Positions 1 through 9,735 of a stretch of 64,000 nt of DNA are shown one piece after another. The stretch lies in contig CBDBGH010000003.1 in the NCBI GenBank assembly GCA_965205265.1, forward strand, positions 5,399,553 to 5,463,552, in the 5' to 3' direction. This DNA is from Alphaproteobacteria bacterium. Its GTDB lineage: Bacteria; Pseudomonadota; Alphaproteobacteria; Bin95. A program made the position numbers and the translations under genes. Position 1 is the first letter of the stretch; each line of letters begins with the position of its first letter. The notes beneath the pieces were generated by a model that did no database searches, was not told the origin of the DNA, and worked only from the letters and a program-made list of their open reading frames with translations.

Positions 1-1
1 G

Positions 2-109
2 GGAACGGAAACTGACGGATCACCGTCCGGTGTCACCGGCACGTTCAGTGCGGACGCCGGATCAGCGGGTGTTGCCATTGCCGGCTCCTTCGGGGCGAGT
101 AAGCGCTAA
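2..109 (+). CDS. 3' end of a gene running in from the left edge; C-terminus resembles TbpB/fHbp-like beta-barrel surface lipoproteins
   Basis: Frame 2 reads GTETDGSPSGVTGTFSADAGSAGVAIAGSFGASKR*; its TAA overlaps the next ATG (TAATG at 107-111). Confidence 0.45.
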   Translation, partial: GTETDGSPSGVTGTFSADAGSAGVAIAGSFGASKR

Positions 110-753
110 TGGGTACCGAAGCGAGGAGAACTCTCACCATGACCCGGTACCGTTTTGGTACTCTTGTCCTTCTTCCGCTGCTTCTTAGTGCTTGTCTGAG
201 CACAACGGAGGTGGGTAGCGGCGGGTCGGTCGTGCAAGGCGCGGCGGGCACCACCGCCTCGCGTGCAACCCGCACTACGTCGCAGCCGACCGGCAGCACA
301 AGCACAGGCGAGGCGAAGCAGTTAGAGAAGTGCTCCGCTCCTATTGCCACGGTCGCTCTGGCGGAAGATGAGGGGAACAAGCAAGCATATGCGGTTGTGC
401 TTTCGCAGTTGCAGTTGCCACAGTCTCCGCTTCCGTTGATCCGACTGATGTTCCAGCAGAGCAACTGCTTCCAGATTGTTGATCGCGGCAGAGGGCTTCA
501 GGCAATCAGCACCGAGCAGCAACTGGCCAAGCAGGGCATGCTTCAGGCAGGGAGCAATGTGCAGGGAGGCTCGCTGGTCGCGGCTGACTACACCATCACC
601 CCAAATGTCGTCTTCTCGGACCAGAATGCGGGGGGTATGGGGATGGCGGCGGGAATGCTCGGCGCCATTATCCCCGGTGCCGGGCTCCTGGGCGGCATCA
701 ATGTCAAAAGCAAGGAAGCCCAGGTGGTGCTGTTTCCTGACTTCGACGGTTGA
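109..753 (+). pseudogene. CsgG/HfaB-family lipoprotein, 5' part, interrupted by IS1634
   Basis: Lipobox LLLSAC; QQSNCFQIVDRG and ADYTITPNVVFSD motifs; frame runs into the IS end at 736. Alternative start at 139 after AGGAG. Confidence 0.8.
398..735 (+). repeat. Long direct repeat (target duplication), copy 1
   Basis: Matches 2652-2989 with no difference seen by eye (offset 2254); abuts the IS left inverted repeat. Confidence 0.95.
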
Positions 754-2651
754 TTCGCATAAGTAGTTGATATTGCCTGGTTCTCATTTCGGCTAGGCAC
801 TACATCCGGCATTTCTTCGAGCCGTGCTTCGTCGACGGTCAGGCGAGTTGATACGGGGTGATCGTCAGGGGCAGCCCCATGGTTGCGTAAATCTGCTCCG
901 CCGCCGGTGTCGGCTTCGAGGGGATGACGTAGCGGTTGCCCGATTGCCGACAGCGCAGCAGGGAGCACTGGCGGTGGACGAGGGCGGAGCGGATGACCTC
1001 CGGGGACATCCGCCGCTTCTGGATGGCGACGCGGTACGCAAGGTGTCGAACGCAGGCGAAGGCCAGGAAGGCGATGGCGATGTGAGCGCGGATCCGGTCC
1101 GGGTTCCAGTGCCAGATGGGACGTATCTTCAGGTCGTGTTTGGTGATCCGGAAGCTCTCCTCGACCTGCCAGAGCCCCTGGTAGTGAGCCATCACTTCGG
1201 TGACGCGCGCGTCGCGCAGATTGGTGATGACGCCGGTGAGCCCGTCCCATCGTGCGGCCTCGGCGATCTTCTCCGGGTTCACCGTGAGCCGTGCGTCGCC
1301 CTCGACGGCGATGAAGCGCTTCGCCCCGTGATTGGAGAGCAGTTCCCTGGGATTGTCGCTGCGGGCCAGCCTGTCGAGCAGGCGTTCCACCTGATGGCGG
1401 CGCTCGTGCGCGTCCTTGCGTGCGCGCTGGGGGCAGAAGACGACGATCAGGCGACGGCCCTTGTACTCCCACTCGCCGACCCGGCGGTCCTGTGAGCCCT
1501 CCAGCGGGGCATAGGTCCCGGGGTCGAGAACCTGCCCCAGCAGCGCGAGCGGCAGCTTGCGCAGCCGCGCGCCGACGACATACTCGCCGCCGATGGCGTC
1601 CATGGCGTCGAGGTTGTCGGCGCTCAGCATGCCCCGGTCGGCCACGCATACCGTGCGCTCCACCTGGTGGCGGCGCTGCATGTCCTGCAGGACCGGGACC
1701 ATGCTGTGTCCCTCGTAGGTGGCGCCGGGGAAGACCTCGTAGCTGATCGGCAGCCCTTCGCGCGTCACCATCAGCGCCAGCAGAACCTGCGAGTCCTTGT
1801 GTTTGCCGTCCTTGCTGAAGCCGTGCTGGCGAAGCTCGTCCTCGGCGGCCGTCTCGAAGTAGAGCGTGGTGCAATCGAAGAAGAGGATCGCGACCGGCTC
1901 CGGCAGCAGCGACCGGCTCGCCTCGCCGACGCGCGTGCGCAGTCGCTCGATCACCGTCGCGTCGAGCTGATCCATCATCCGGTAGACCTTCTCGAGCGGA
2001 AGACTCACGCCGAAGTCCTCCTCGAGCCGGCGCACGCTGCCCCGCTTGCTGTCGGGGTTGGCTACCCGCGCCATCACCACATGGAACAGCGCGTCATGGG
2101 AGGCCCGGTAGCGCGAGCGCGGCAGCAGCGCGTCGAGGCCCAGCAGCCGGTAGATCTCGCCATAGACCTCGTGGATGCCTGTGATCAGGCGCTGCTCCTC
2201 TTCAAGCTGCTTGAGGTCGACCGGGAGTTCCTCCTTGCCGTCCCCCCGGCGGCCGACACGGATCGCCTGCTCAGCGATCTTCTCGGGCGCAAACAATGCC
2301 GGCTGACGCTCGTCCTCCAGCTTCGCCTTGACGTACTCGCCGAGCTGCCTCAGGCGCTCGAGCTCGTCCTCGTCCATGGCCACGCCGACATGGCGGACGA
2401 TGCGCTGTCGGACCTTGCCGCCGTCGCGCACGGCCTCGACGATCTGGACCGAGCGTCGCGGGCTGTTGGGGGAGGTCTTGATGCGCACGAACATGGGGGG
2501 AGTGTAGCGCGTGGCGGAGGCATTGACAGTCTCAAAGATTTACTAGGCACTACAACGCAGCTTGACCGCACCGCAACTGCCAACTCATTGGCTTTACTGA
2601 AAACTCCAGACGCGAGATCGGTCAGAAGTCAGCCCAACCGTCGAAGTCAGG
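736..2651 (-). mobile_element. IS1634-family insertion sequence, ~1916 bp
   Basis: Perfect 17-bp terminal IRs CCTGACTTCGACGGTTG (736-752 and 2635-2651); subterminal 12-bp direct repeat CTAGGCACTACA (793-804, 2543-2554); DDE transposase inside. Confidence 0.92.
839..2494 (-). CDS. IS1634-family DDE transposase
   Basis: 551 aa; N-terminus MFVRIKT..VQIVEAVRDGGKVRQR; motifs FFDCTTLYF, VADRGM, WQVEESFR. Confidence 0.93.
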   Translation of the reverse strand: MFVRIKTSPNSPRRSVQIVEAVRDGGKVRQRIVRHVGVAMDEDELERLRQLGEYVKAKLEDERQPALFAPEKIAEQAIRVGRRGDGKEELPVDLKQLEEEQRLITGIHEVYGEIYRLLGLDALLPRSRYRASHDALFHVVMARVANPDSKRGSVRRLEEDFGVSLPLEKVYRMMDQLDATVIERLRTRVGEASRSLLPEPVAILFFDCTTLYFETAAEDELRQHGFSKDGKHKDSQVLLALMVTREGLPISYEVFPGATYEGHSMVPVLQDMQRRHQVERTVCVADRGMLSADNLDAMDAIGGEYVVGARLRKLPLALLGQVLDPGTYAPLEGSQDRRVGEWEYKGRRLIVVFCPQRARKDAHERRHQVERLLDRLARSDNPRELLSNHGAKRFIAVEGDARLTVNPEKIAEAARWDGLTGVITNLRDARVTEVMAHYQGLWQVEESFRITKHDLKIRPIWHWNPDRIRAHIAIAFLAFACVRHLAYRVAIQKRRMSPEVIRSALVHRQCSLLRCRQSGNRYVIPSKPTPAAEQIYATMGLPLTITPYQLA

Positions 2652-2989
2652 TGCTTTCGCAGTTGCAGTTGCCACAGTCTCCGCTTCCGTTGATCCGACT
2701 GATGTTCCAGCAGAGCAACTGCTTCCAGATTGTTGATCGCGGCAGAGGGCTTCAGGCAATCAGCACCGAGCAGCAACTGGCCAAGCAGGGCATGCTTCAG
2801 GCAGGGAGCAATGTGCAGGGAGGCTCGCTGGTCGCGGCTGACTACACCATCACCCCAAATGTCGTCTTCTCGGACCAGAATGCGGGGGGTATGGGGATGG
2901 CGGCGGGAATGCTCGGCGCCATTATCCCCGGTGCCGGGCTCCTGGGCGGCATCAATGTCAAAAGCAAGGAAGCCCAGGTGGTGCTGTTT
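2652..2989 (+). repeat. Long direct repeat (target duplication), copy 2
   Basis: Matches 398-735. Confidence 0.95.
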
Positions 2990-3199
2990 CTGACGGACAA
3001 CCGATCCGGCGTGCAGGTTGCCGCAGCGGAAGGTTCGGCGAAGGTCTCCGACATTGGGTTCGGCGCGTTGGGATTTGGCGGCGGTTTGGGCGCGCTCGGC
3101 GGTGCTTACGGAAGCTCCGACCAGGGCAAGGTTGTTGCCGCCGCGCTGCTGGACGCCACCAACAAGGTGATTGCCGTCGTCCGGTCGCGCAGGCAGTAG
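2652..3199 (+). pseudogene. CsgG/HfaB-family lipoprotein, duplicated middle plus native 3' end
   Basis: Continues LTDNRSGVQVAAAEGSA...AALLDATNKVIAVVRSRRQ*; joining 109-735 to 2990-3199 restores a 278-aa ORF. Confidence 0.85.
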
Positions 3200-3259
3200 C
3201 CTCTGCTTGGCGGCGTGTCTTTACGAACCTCGCGGTCGGGGACGCTCCGCTGCGCCACC

Positions 3260-3296
3260 CGGTTCCCCGGAGGATGTACGCGCCTCCGGGGAACCG
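3260..3296. repeat. 14-bp-stem palindrome between convergent genes (terminator or REP-like)
   Basis: CGGTTCCCCGGAGG-N9-CCTCCGGGGAACCG. Confidence 0.55.
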
Positions 3297-3495
3297 TCTC
3301 ACCCGATGACATACGCTCTTACCGAATCACGTTCAGGAAGGGTGACTGAAAGGTGGATGACTGCTCCGGCATCTTGATTTTTTCTTTGCAGATAACAGGT
3401 TGTGGGATGCGGCGGTTCCTCTCCTGGGCACCATCTTTCGTTCCGGCATGTCCCGCCCGAACGTGTCGCCGGCGTCCCCGTATGCAAATGCCGGG

Positions 3496-3891
3496 CTAGA
3501 GGCAGCCCGCGCCGGCGCGGGCGCAGTCTTCGTCTTCCTGCCCGGTGCCGCCGCCGACGCCGCAGGCGCCGATGACCCGTCCATCGCGGAGGATCGGCAC
3601 AGCGCCCTGGCCGTAGATGAGGCGCCCGCCGTCGGCCGCCGCGATGCCGCGGAAAGTCGGGTGGTCGGCGCGCTCCGTCAGGTCGCCGCTCGGCCGGCCG
3701 AAAGCGGCGGATGCGGCGGCCTTGCCCTGGGAGCCGTAAACGGCGGCCCAGATCGCCCCGTCCATGCGCTGGAAGGCGATGAGGCGCCCGCCGGCATCCG
3801 ACACCGAAACGCAAACGAGAATGCCCAGGCTCTCCGCATGCGCGATGGCGGCCGCGGCGACACGGTTGGCTTCCTGGAGGGTGAGCGGCAT
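3496..3891 (-). CDS. GlcG/HbpS-family heme-binding protein
   Basis: VSVSDAGGRLIAFQRMDGA, GKAAASA, GACGVGGG...EDEDCARAG motifs. Confidence 0.88.
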   Translation of the reverse strand: MPLTLQEANRVAAAAIAHAESLGILVCVSVSDAGGRLIAFQRMDGAIWAAVYGSQGKAAASAAFGRPSGDLTERADHPTFRGIAAADGGRLIYGQGAVPILRDGRVIGACGVGGGTGQEDEDCARAGAGCL

Positions 3892-4002
3892 GAGAGGTCT
3901 CCGGATCGCTAAGGTTCAACGCCCCTGCCGGGCGCGCATAGTGTATAGCAACCGCCTTCGCCGTCGGAAGGACGGACGGGAAGCCGGCAGGGGAGGCAGC
4001 CC

Positions 4003-5385
4003 ATGCGACCGAACGAAAGAACCCTCGACCTCAGATCCTTTCTTGAAGACCTGGAAGCGGCGGACCCCGCAAGCATCCTGCGCATTCCGGAACCGGTCGC
4101 CCTCGACTTCGACGCGACGGCGGTGGCGATGGAACTGGAGAGGCAGGGCCGCGCGCCGGTGGTCCGCTTCGACAAGATCGGGGACTCGCCCTTTCCCGTC
4201 GTCGCCAACCTGTTCGGCAACCGCCGGCGCTATGCTCAGGCGCTGGGCGTTTCCGAAGCGGAGCTGATCGAGACCTGGAGCGGGCTCGGCGACGGGACCA
4301 TCGAGCCGGTGATCCTGAAAACGGGCCCTGTTCTGGACAGGGTGGTGACCGGCGGCGATGTCGATCTCGGCGCGCTGCCGATCATGAACCATTTCGCCGA
4401 GGACGGCGGGCGCTATGTCACCAACGGCATCGTCGTCGCGCGGGACCCGGACAGCGGGGTGCGCAATGCCAGCTACCACCGGCTGCAGGTCATGGGCCGG
4501 ACCCGTTTCGGCACCAGCCTGCACAGCCGCCGGCATCTCTGGAACTATGCAGAGCGCGCCGCCGAAAAAGGCGAGGCGATCCCGGTATCCATCGTCATCG
4601 GGCACCATCCGCTGTTCGCCTTCGGCAGCGGCCTCTGGAAGGGACCCATGGACGCCGACGAATACGCCGTCGCCGGCGGCTTCATGGGGCGGCCTCTCGA
4701 GCTGGTCCGGGGCGTGACGGTGCCGGTCGAGGCACCGGCCTTCGCCGAGTTCGTCATTGAGGGCCATATCCTTCCCGGCGAAAAGGCTGACGAGGGGCCG
4801 TTCGCGGAATTCACCGGCTATGCCTCGGCCCGTTCTACGCAGCATGTCATCGAGGTGTCGGCGATCCTGCACCGCGAGGACGCGATCTACCAGGACATCG
4901 TGCCGGGCATTTCCGACGAGCATACCGGCCTCCTTGCGGTGCCGATGGAAGCGCGGCTGCTCAAGGTGCTGCGCCAGAACTATCCCAATGTCACCGGAGT
5001 CGCGATGCCGAAATCCGGCACCTGCCGCATGCATGTCTATATCGCCATGAGGAATCCCGCCCCCGGCCAGGCGAAGAACGCGGCCGCCACGGCGCTCGGC
5101 GAAGACCTCAGCCTGAAGCTCGCCATCGTGGTGGACGACGACGTGGATATCGCCAGCGACCGGGATGTCATGTGGGCCGTCTGCACCCGCATGCAGGCGG
5201 ACGCGGACGTGGATATCCTGAAGAACTGCATGGGCGCGATCCTCGACCCGTCCAACCATGACGGGCTGACCGCCAAGATGATGATCGACGCGACCAGACC
5301 CGCCGGCGACTTCCCGCCCCGCCATACGATTCCGGAAGACGCGGCGGTGCGCGCGCGGGAGCTGGTCCGGAAATACACCGCCTGA
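4003..5385 (+). CDS. UbiD-family prFMN-dependent decarboxylase
   Basis: RNASYHRLQV, EFVIEG, EGPFAEFTGY, IVVDDDVD, LDPS motifs. Confidence 0.92.
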   Translation: MRPNERTLDLRSFLEDLEAADPASILRIPEPVALDFDATAVAMELERQGRAPVVRFDKIGDSPFPVVANLFGNRRRYAQALGVSEAELIETWSGLGDGTIEPVILKTGPVLDRVVTGGDVDLGALPIMNHFAEDGGRYVTNGIVVARDPDSGVRNASYHRLQVMGRTRFGTSLHSRRHLWNYAERAAEKGEAIPVSIVIGHHPLFAFGSGLWKGPMDADEYAVAGGFMGRPLELVRGVTVPVEAPAFAEFVIEGHILPGEKADEGPFAEFTGYASARSTQHVIEVSAILHREDAIYQDIVPGISDEHTGLLAVPMEARLLKVLRQNYPNVTGVAMPKSGTCRMHVYIAMRNPAPGQAKNAAATALGEDLSLKLAIVVDDDVDIASDRDVMWAVCTRMQADADVDILKNCMGAILDPSNHDGLTAKMMIDATRPAGDFPPRHTIPEDAAVRARELVRKYTA

Positions 5386-5669
5386 GCGCCGTCCCCGGAA
5401 TCCTGCGACAGCGAGTCTTTGACTCGCAGGGCGCATGGCATAAGCTGGGCGGGCACCCCGGCCGCGATGCATCCGTTTCCGGATGCACGCCTCTCATTCG
5501 GAGGCGCCGGCCTGCGGAGCGGCGTAATCGATACCCGGTTCGGCTGCGCTGCGCCTTCGCGATGCGGGTGTCTTGCACGCAGCCTGCGGGCCGCATGCAG
5601 GCGGGTTGCCGGCGCGCGCGGAGGGCGCCGCCAGCCGAGCCACGAACACCGGGCAAAAGGGAGACCGCC

Positions 5670-6809
5670 ATGCTTCGCTCATATCTTCCACGCATTGCCA
5701 CATTTGCAGGGGCCGCCGCCTTTGCCGCCGCGACGGTGATGCTTGCCGCGGCGCCGACGCCGGCCAAAGCCGAACTGGAGAAGGTCATCATCCGGGTCTC
5801 GGTGGACCTGCCGCCGCCGCCGCATCCCACGGCCATCGCCATGGAGTGGTTCAAGGAACAGGTGGAATCGCAATTCCCCGAGGGCAGCGAGGTGCGGAAC
5901 TTCTATGCCGGCGCCCTCTACAAGGACCCCGACGCCATGACCGCCATGACCCAGGGCAATCTGGAGATGGGCTGGCTGGTCTCCGGCAAGACGGCCGCAA
6001 CGGACATCTGGATGAGCATTATCGGCCAGCCCGGCGTGCTTACCACGGTCGCGGCCATCCACGACCTGGAGAACCAGGCCACGGGCAAGATGCTGCTGAA
6101 CCGCCTGCGTGAGAAGCACTTCATCGAGCCGTTCGGCTTCGTCGATCTCAGCTTCGCGCTCGCCATTGCGGGCAAGGAGCGGCTGCTTGCGATGGACTCC
6201 TTCCAGGGCAAGAAGATCCGGACATTCGCCGCCGCGGTGAACCCGGTAGTGGCCTCCTGGGGCGCCTCCCCGGTGGTCATGTCCTTCGGCGACGTGCCGA
6301 GCGCGCTCGAATCCGGCGTGCTCGACGGCGTCATCACCTCCATCGGTGGATGGCGCTCGATCACCGAGCAGACGCCCTATTACACCATCGCGGGCATCTC
6401 CACGGTGACCTTCGACAACTACTGGGTCGGCGCCAGCCAGGCGTGGTTCAACAAGCTGAACGACGAGACCCAGGCGAAAATCCGCGAGCTGGTCGAGCAG
6501 GCCGTGAAGTACCAGAACGAGCTCAACTGGTGCAACGACCAGTTCGCCATCCGCCAGTACAAGGCCGAGAACCCTTCGGATGTCGGCATCTACTCCGCGA
6601 CTCCCGAAGAGGCGAAGCCCCTGCAGGAAGCCATCGGCAACAATGTCGCCGACTACCTCAAGGAGCGGCTGCCGGAAGAGGCGCATGAATGGGTGGACAG
6701 GTTCCTCAAGGAGGGGCGCGAAGCCTCGGCGCGCCTCGGGCCGGGCACCGATCCGGTGGAGAGCGTCGATTGCGCCAAGCATGAGCCGGTGCTCAAGAAG
6801 AAGGGGTAA
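5670..6809 (+). CDS. dctP: TRAP transporter solute-binding protein
   Basis: Signal peptide; FQGKKIRT, WGASPVVMSFGDVPSALESGVLDG; precedes dctQ and dctM. Confidence 0.88.
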   Translation: MLRSYLPRIATFAGAAAFAAATVMLAAAPTPAKAELEKVIIRVSVDLPPPPHPTAIAMEWFKEQVESQFPEGSEVRNFYAGALYKDPDAMTAMTQGNLEMGWLVSGKTAATDIWMSIIGQPGVLTTVAAIHDLENQATGKMLLNRLREKHFIEPFGFVDLSFALAIAGKERLLAMDSFQGKKIRTFAAAVNPVVASWGASPVVMSFGDVPSALESGVLDGVITSIGGWRSITEQTPYYTIAGISTVTFDNYWVGASQAWFNKLNDETQAKIRELVEQAVKYQNELNWCNDQFAIRQYKAENPSDVGIYSATPEEAKPLQEAIGNNVADYLKERLPEEAHEWVDRFLKEGREASARLGPGTDPVESVDCAKHEPVLKKKG

Positions 6810-6869
6810 TCCGGGCATGACCGCCCGGGAGGACGGGGAGGCCCGCCGGGCCTCCCCGGCCCCGCCCGC

Positions 6870-7433
6870 ATGAACCGCCTCTATTACATCTGGCGCACCT
6901 TCCAGGAACGGTTCGTCCAGTATGTCGCGGCGTCGCTGCTGCTGGCGCTGACCCTGCTGGCAGGGCTGGAGGTCATTCGCCGCTATATCTTCGGCGTGTC
7001 CTTCGAGTGGCAGCAGGACGCGGTCACCTTCGGCATTCTTGCCGGCGTGTACCTGTTTTTCGCGATCACGCAGAGCCGCGGGGCCCATCTGCGGGTGACG
7101 ATCATGCTGATATTGCTGCGCGAGAAGGCCGGGCGGTGGGGCCGCGTCCTCGCTGGCCTGTTCGAGATCTTCGGCGCAATCGTCGGGCTCGCGTTCTGCG
7201 CATGGCTGGTTTGGCGGGGCCTCGAAGTGGCGGACCTGATGATCCTGCAGGAACGCAAGACCGAGAGCCTGGCGTTCCTGCTGTGGCACTTCTTCGTCGT
7301 CTTCCTCCTCGGCATGGCGTTTCTCGCGGTGAGCTATGCTTTCCAGCTCTACCACCACATTTGCACGATGCTGGGCGGAGCAGGACTGGTGGAGCGCTAC
7401 GAGTCCCACACCGATGAAGGCTCGCTGCTCTAG
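6870..7433 (+). CDS. dctQ: TRAP transporter small permease
   Basis: Four hydrophobic segments; EVIRRYIFG and GAHLRVT motifs. Confidence 0.85.
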   Translation: MNRLYYIWRTFQERFVQYVAASLLLALTLLAGLEVIRRYIFGVSFEWQQDAVTFGILAGVYLFFAITQSRGAHLRVTIMLILLREKAGRWGRVLAGLFEIFGAIVGLAFCAWLVWRGLEVADLMILQERKTESLAFLLWHFFVVFLLGMAFLAVSYAFQLYHHICTMLGGAGLVERYESHTDEGSLL

Positions 7434-7488
7434 ATGATCCGCATACACGAGCCGCCAGGCGCCGGAGGCCCCGAAGGAGCCTTGCAGG

Positions 7489-8778
7489 ATGGGTAGTCTG
7501 CTCGCCGGCATCCTGGCCTTTCTCGGCTCGGGAGTCACCATCGGCATCGCGCTCGGCGCCGCCAGCGCGATCTACATCCTTTTCGATCCGCTGCTGGATG
7601 CGCGGGCGCTGTCCTCGGCTTTCTTCTCGTTCCTCGGCCACTACAGCCTGATGGCGGTGCCGCTGTTCATCTTCGCCGGTTTCCTCATGGAGCGCACCGG
7701 CATGGTGCGCCAGCTGTTCCAGTTCGCGGAAGCCCTGGTGAGCTGGGTCATTGGCGGGTTCGGGCTGGCGACGGTCACGACCTGCGTGCTGTTCAGCGCC
7801 ATCTCCGGCTCGAGCGTCGCCGTCGCCTCGGCGATGAGCCTCATCACGATTCCGGAGATGCGCAAGCGCAACTATCCGGACTGGCTGTCGGCCGGCATCG
7901 TGGCCTCGGGCGGCGGCATCGGCCTGCTCATCCCACCGAGCCTCTCGCTCATCATCTACGGCATCGCGACGGAAACCTCGATCGTGCGCCTGTTCATGGC
8001 CGGCATAATTCCCGGCCTGATGCTGGCGGGTGGCATGTTCATACTCATCATACTCGCCGCCTGGCGCACCGGGAGCCTGAGCCGAGGCCACTTCGCTTGG
8101 GGCCCGTTGGGGCGGGCGACCGTAGGGGCGCTGCCCGGCCTCGCCATGCCGGTGCTGGTGCTGGGCGGCCTCTATGGCGGGCTGTTCACGCCGACCGAAG
8201 CGGCCGCGGCCGCTTGCGGCTACGCCCTGCTCTACGGCCTTGTCACGGGCCGCGGCGAGTTCCTGCGGAACCTGCTGCCGACGGCGGCGCGGGCCATGAA
8301 CCTGAGCGCCGTGGTGTTCTTCCTGGTCGGGAGCGTCGGCATCTTCCAGTTCGTCGCCGCCAACCAGGCATGGCCGCAGCAGCTCGCGCAATTGGTCATC
8401 GAGATGCAGCTGGAGCCGCTCCCGTTCCTGTTCGGCTACATGGCGCTGTTGCTGATGCTCGGCACCTTCCTCGACGGCATCGCCATGATCCTGCTGACGG
8501 TGCCTGTCGTCTTTCCCGTGGCCACGGCGCTCGGCATCGACCCGATCCATCTGGGCATCGTGGTCACCATGGGCGTGGAGCTGAGCGTCATCACGCCGCC
8601 GGTGGGTTTCAATCTCTACGCGGTCAGCGGCATCGCCCAGATTCCCATCCAGACCGTGCTGCGCGGCGCGATGATCTTCTTCGTGTCCGATTTCATCGTG
8701 ACGCTCATCATCATCCTGGTGCCGGAGCTCTCCACCTGGCTGCCCAGGGTGCTTGGCGGCGCCTCGCCGTTCGGGTAG
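7489..8778 (+). CDS. dctM: TRAP transporter large permease
   Basis: AVPLFIFAG, SAISGSSVA, GLLIPPS, FTPTEAA, ITPPVGFNL motifs. Confidence 0.93.
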   Translation: MGSLLAGILAFLGSGVTIGIALGAASAIYILFDPLLDARALSSAFFSFLGHYSLMAVPLFIFAGFLMERTGMVRQLFQFAEALVSWVIGGFGLATVTTCVLFSAISGSSVAVASAMSLITIPEMRKRNYPDWLSAGIVASGGGIGLLIPPSLSLIIYGIATETSIVRLFMAGIIPGLMLAGGMFILIILAAWRTGSLSRGHFAWGPLGRATVGALPGLAMPVLVLGGLYGGLFTPTEAAAAACGYALLYGLVTGRGEFLRNLLPTAARAMNLSAVVFFLVGSVGIFQFVAANQAWPQQLAQLVIEMQLEPLPFLFGYMALLLMLGTFLDGIAMILLTVPVVFPVATALGIDPIHLGIVVTMGVELSVITPPVGFNLYAVSGIAQIPIQTVLRGAMIFFVSDFIVTLIIILVPELSTWLPRVLGGASPFG

Positions 8779-8796
8779 GGGCGCGCCCCGCGCCCG

Positions 8797-9621
8797 TCAC
8801 GCGCGGTCGAAAGAGACGGTCTCGATTTCCTTCGTGTCGATGCGCGCGATGGTCAGGCGTCCGGGTTCGGGGCGGTCGTAGTGGATGCCGGTGTCGATCC
8901 CGAGCACGTTTCCGCGCCAGAGGGGCGCATGGAGCGAGGTGTGGCCGGTGAGCACGGCGCGAACGCCTTCCACGGCGCCCTGCCATTCATCGCCGCTCTC
9001 GCCGATATAGGGGTCCGTGCGGCCGTAATAGATACGGCTCCAGAGCGCCCGCGCACGGGCGGTGTGGCCGGCCGGCCCCGCGTCTTCGAGCCCGTCCTCC
9101 AACTCCCGCCAGGACCGGAATACGGGGCAGGCGTGGACGAGGCCGACCGGGCCGAACGGGGTCTCGACCCGCGCGGAGAAGGGCAGGGCCTTCAGCAGGT
9201 CCATCCAGGCGCGCGCGCTGTCCTCCGGGCCTCGCTCATGCCACCAGCCGCCGCCGTTCATCCGCCAGAGGCCCCAGGCGCCGCCCGCCCGCCGCAGCCC
9301 GCCGAGCGGCGGCAGGGGCGAGGAGGCGAGCGCCTCCAGCATCATCTGCTCGTGGTTCCCGCGGAGCACGAGGTCGAAGCGGGCGGACGGGTCCCGGCCG
9401 GCGATCCATGTCCGGGCCTCGAAGGAGTCCGGTCCGCGGTCGATCAGGTCGCCGAGCGAAAACAGCCGGTCGCCCTCGCCGAATTGCAGTTCGGCCAGCG
9501 CCCGGCGCAGGGTGGCGAAATGGCCGTGGACATCGCCGACGACAAGATCGCGGCCGTTGCGGTTCGGCCCGAGGCTCACGCTGAGCGCCAGGCCGGGCGG
9601 AGAGAAGCTGTCGAGTCTCAC
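8797..9621 (-). CDS. Metallophosphoesterase, PphA/lambda-type Ser/Thr phosphatase-like
   Basis: GDVHG, GDLIDRG, GNHE, GHT and IDTG motifs. Confidence 0.88.
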   Translation of the reverse strand: MRLDSFSPPGLALSVSLGPNRNGRDLVVGDVHGHFATLRRALAELQFGEGDRLFSLGDLIDRGPDSFEARTWIAGRDPSARFDLVLRGNHEQMMLEALASSPLPPLGGLRRAGGAWGLWRMNGGGWWHERGPEDSARAWMDLLKALPFSARVETPFGPVGLVHACPVFRSWRELEDGLEDAGPAGHTARARALWSRIYYGRTDPYIGESGDEWQGAVEGVRAVLTGHTSLHAPLWRGNVLGIDTGIHYDRPEPGRLTIARIDTKEIETVSFDRA

Positions 9622-9735
9622 GGGCCGCCGCCTTTCCTGCTGTCGGGAAAGCGGAACATAGGGCAGGTGGAGGCGCAGATTGAAGCACGCGGCGGGCGGG
9701 CGCTATGCTGGCCGGGCGCACGATGCCCGGAGACG

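Noticed and set aside
2523-2556. Outward promoter in the IS1634 end (TTGACA at 2523)
   Set aside because: No convincing -10 box at 16-18 nt spacing
1667-3199. 510-aa ORF appearing to fuse a novel domain to CsgG
   Set aside because: The N-terminal part is the antisense shadow of the transposase; only the portion from 2652 is gene-like
5390-5660. Possible riboswitch between ubiD and dctP
   Set aside because: GC-rich hairpins only; no recognisable aptamer consensus
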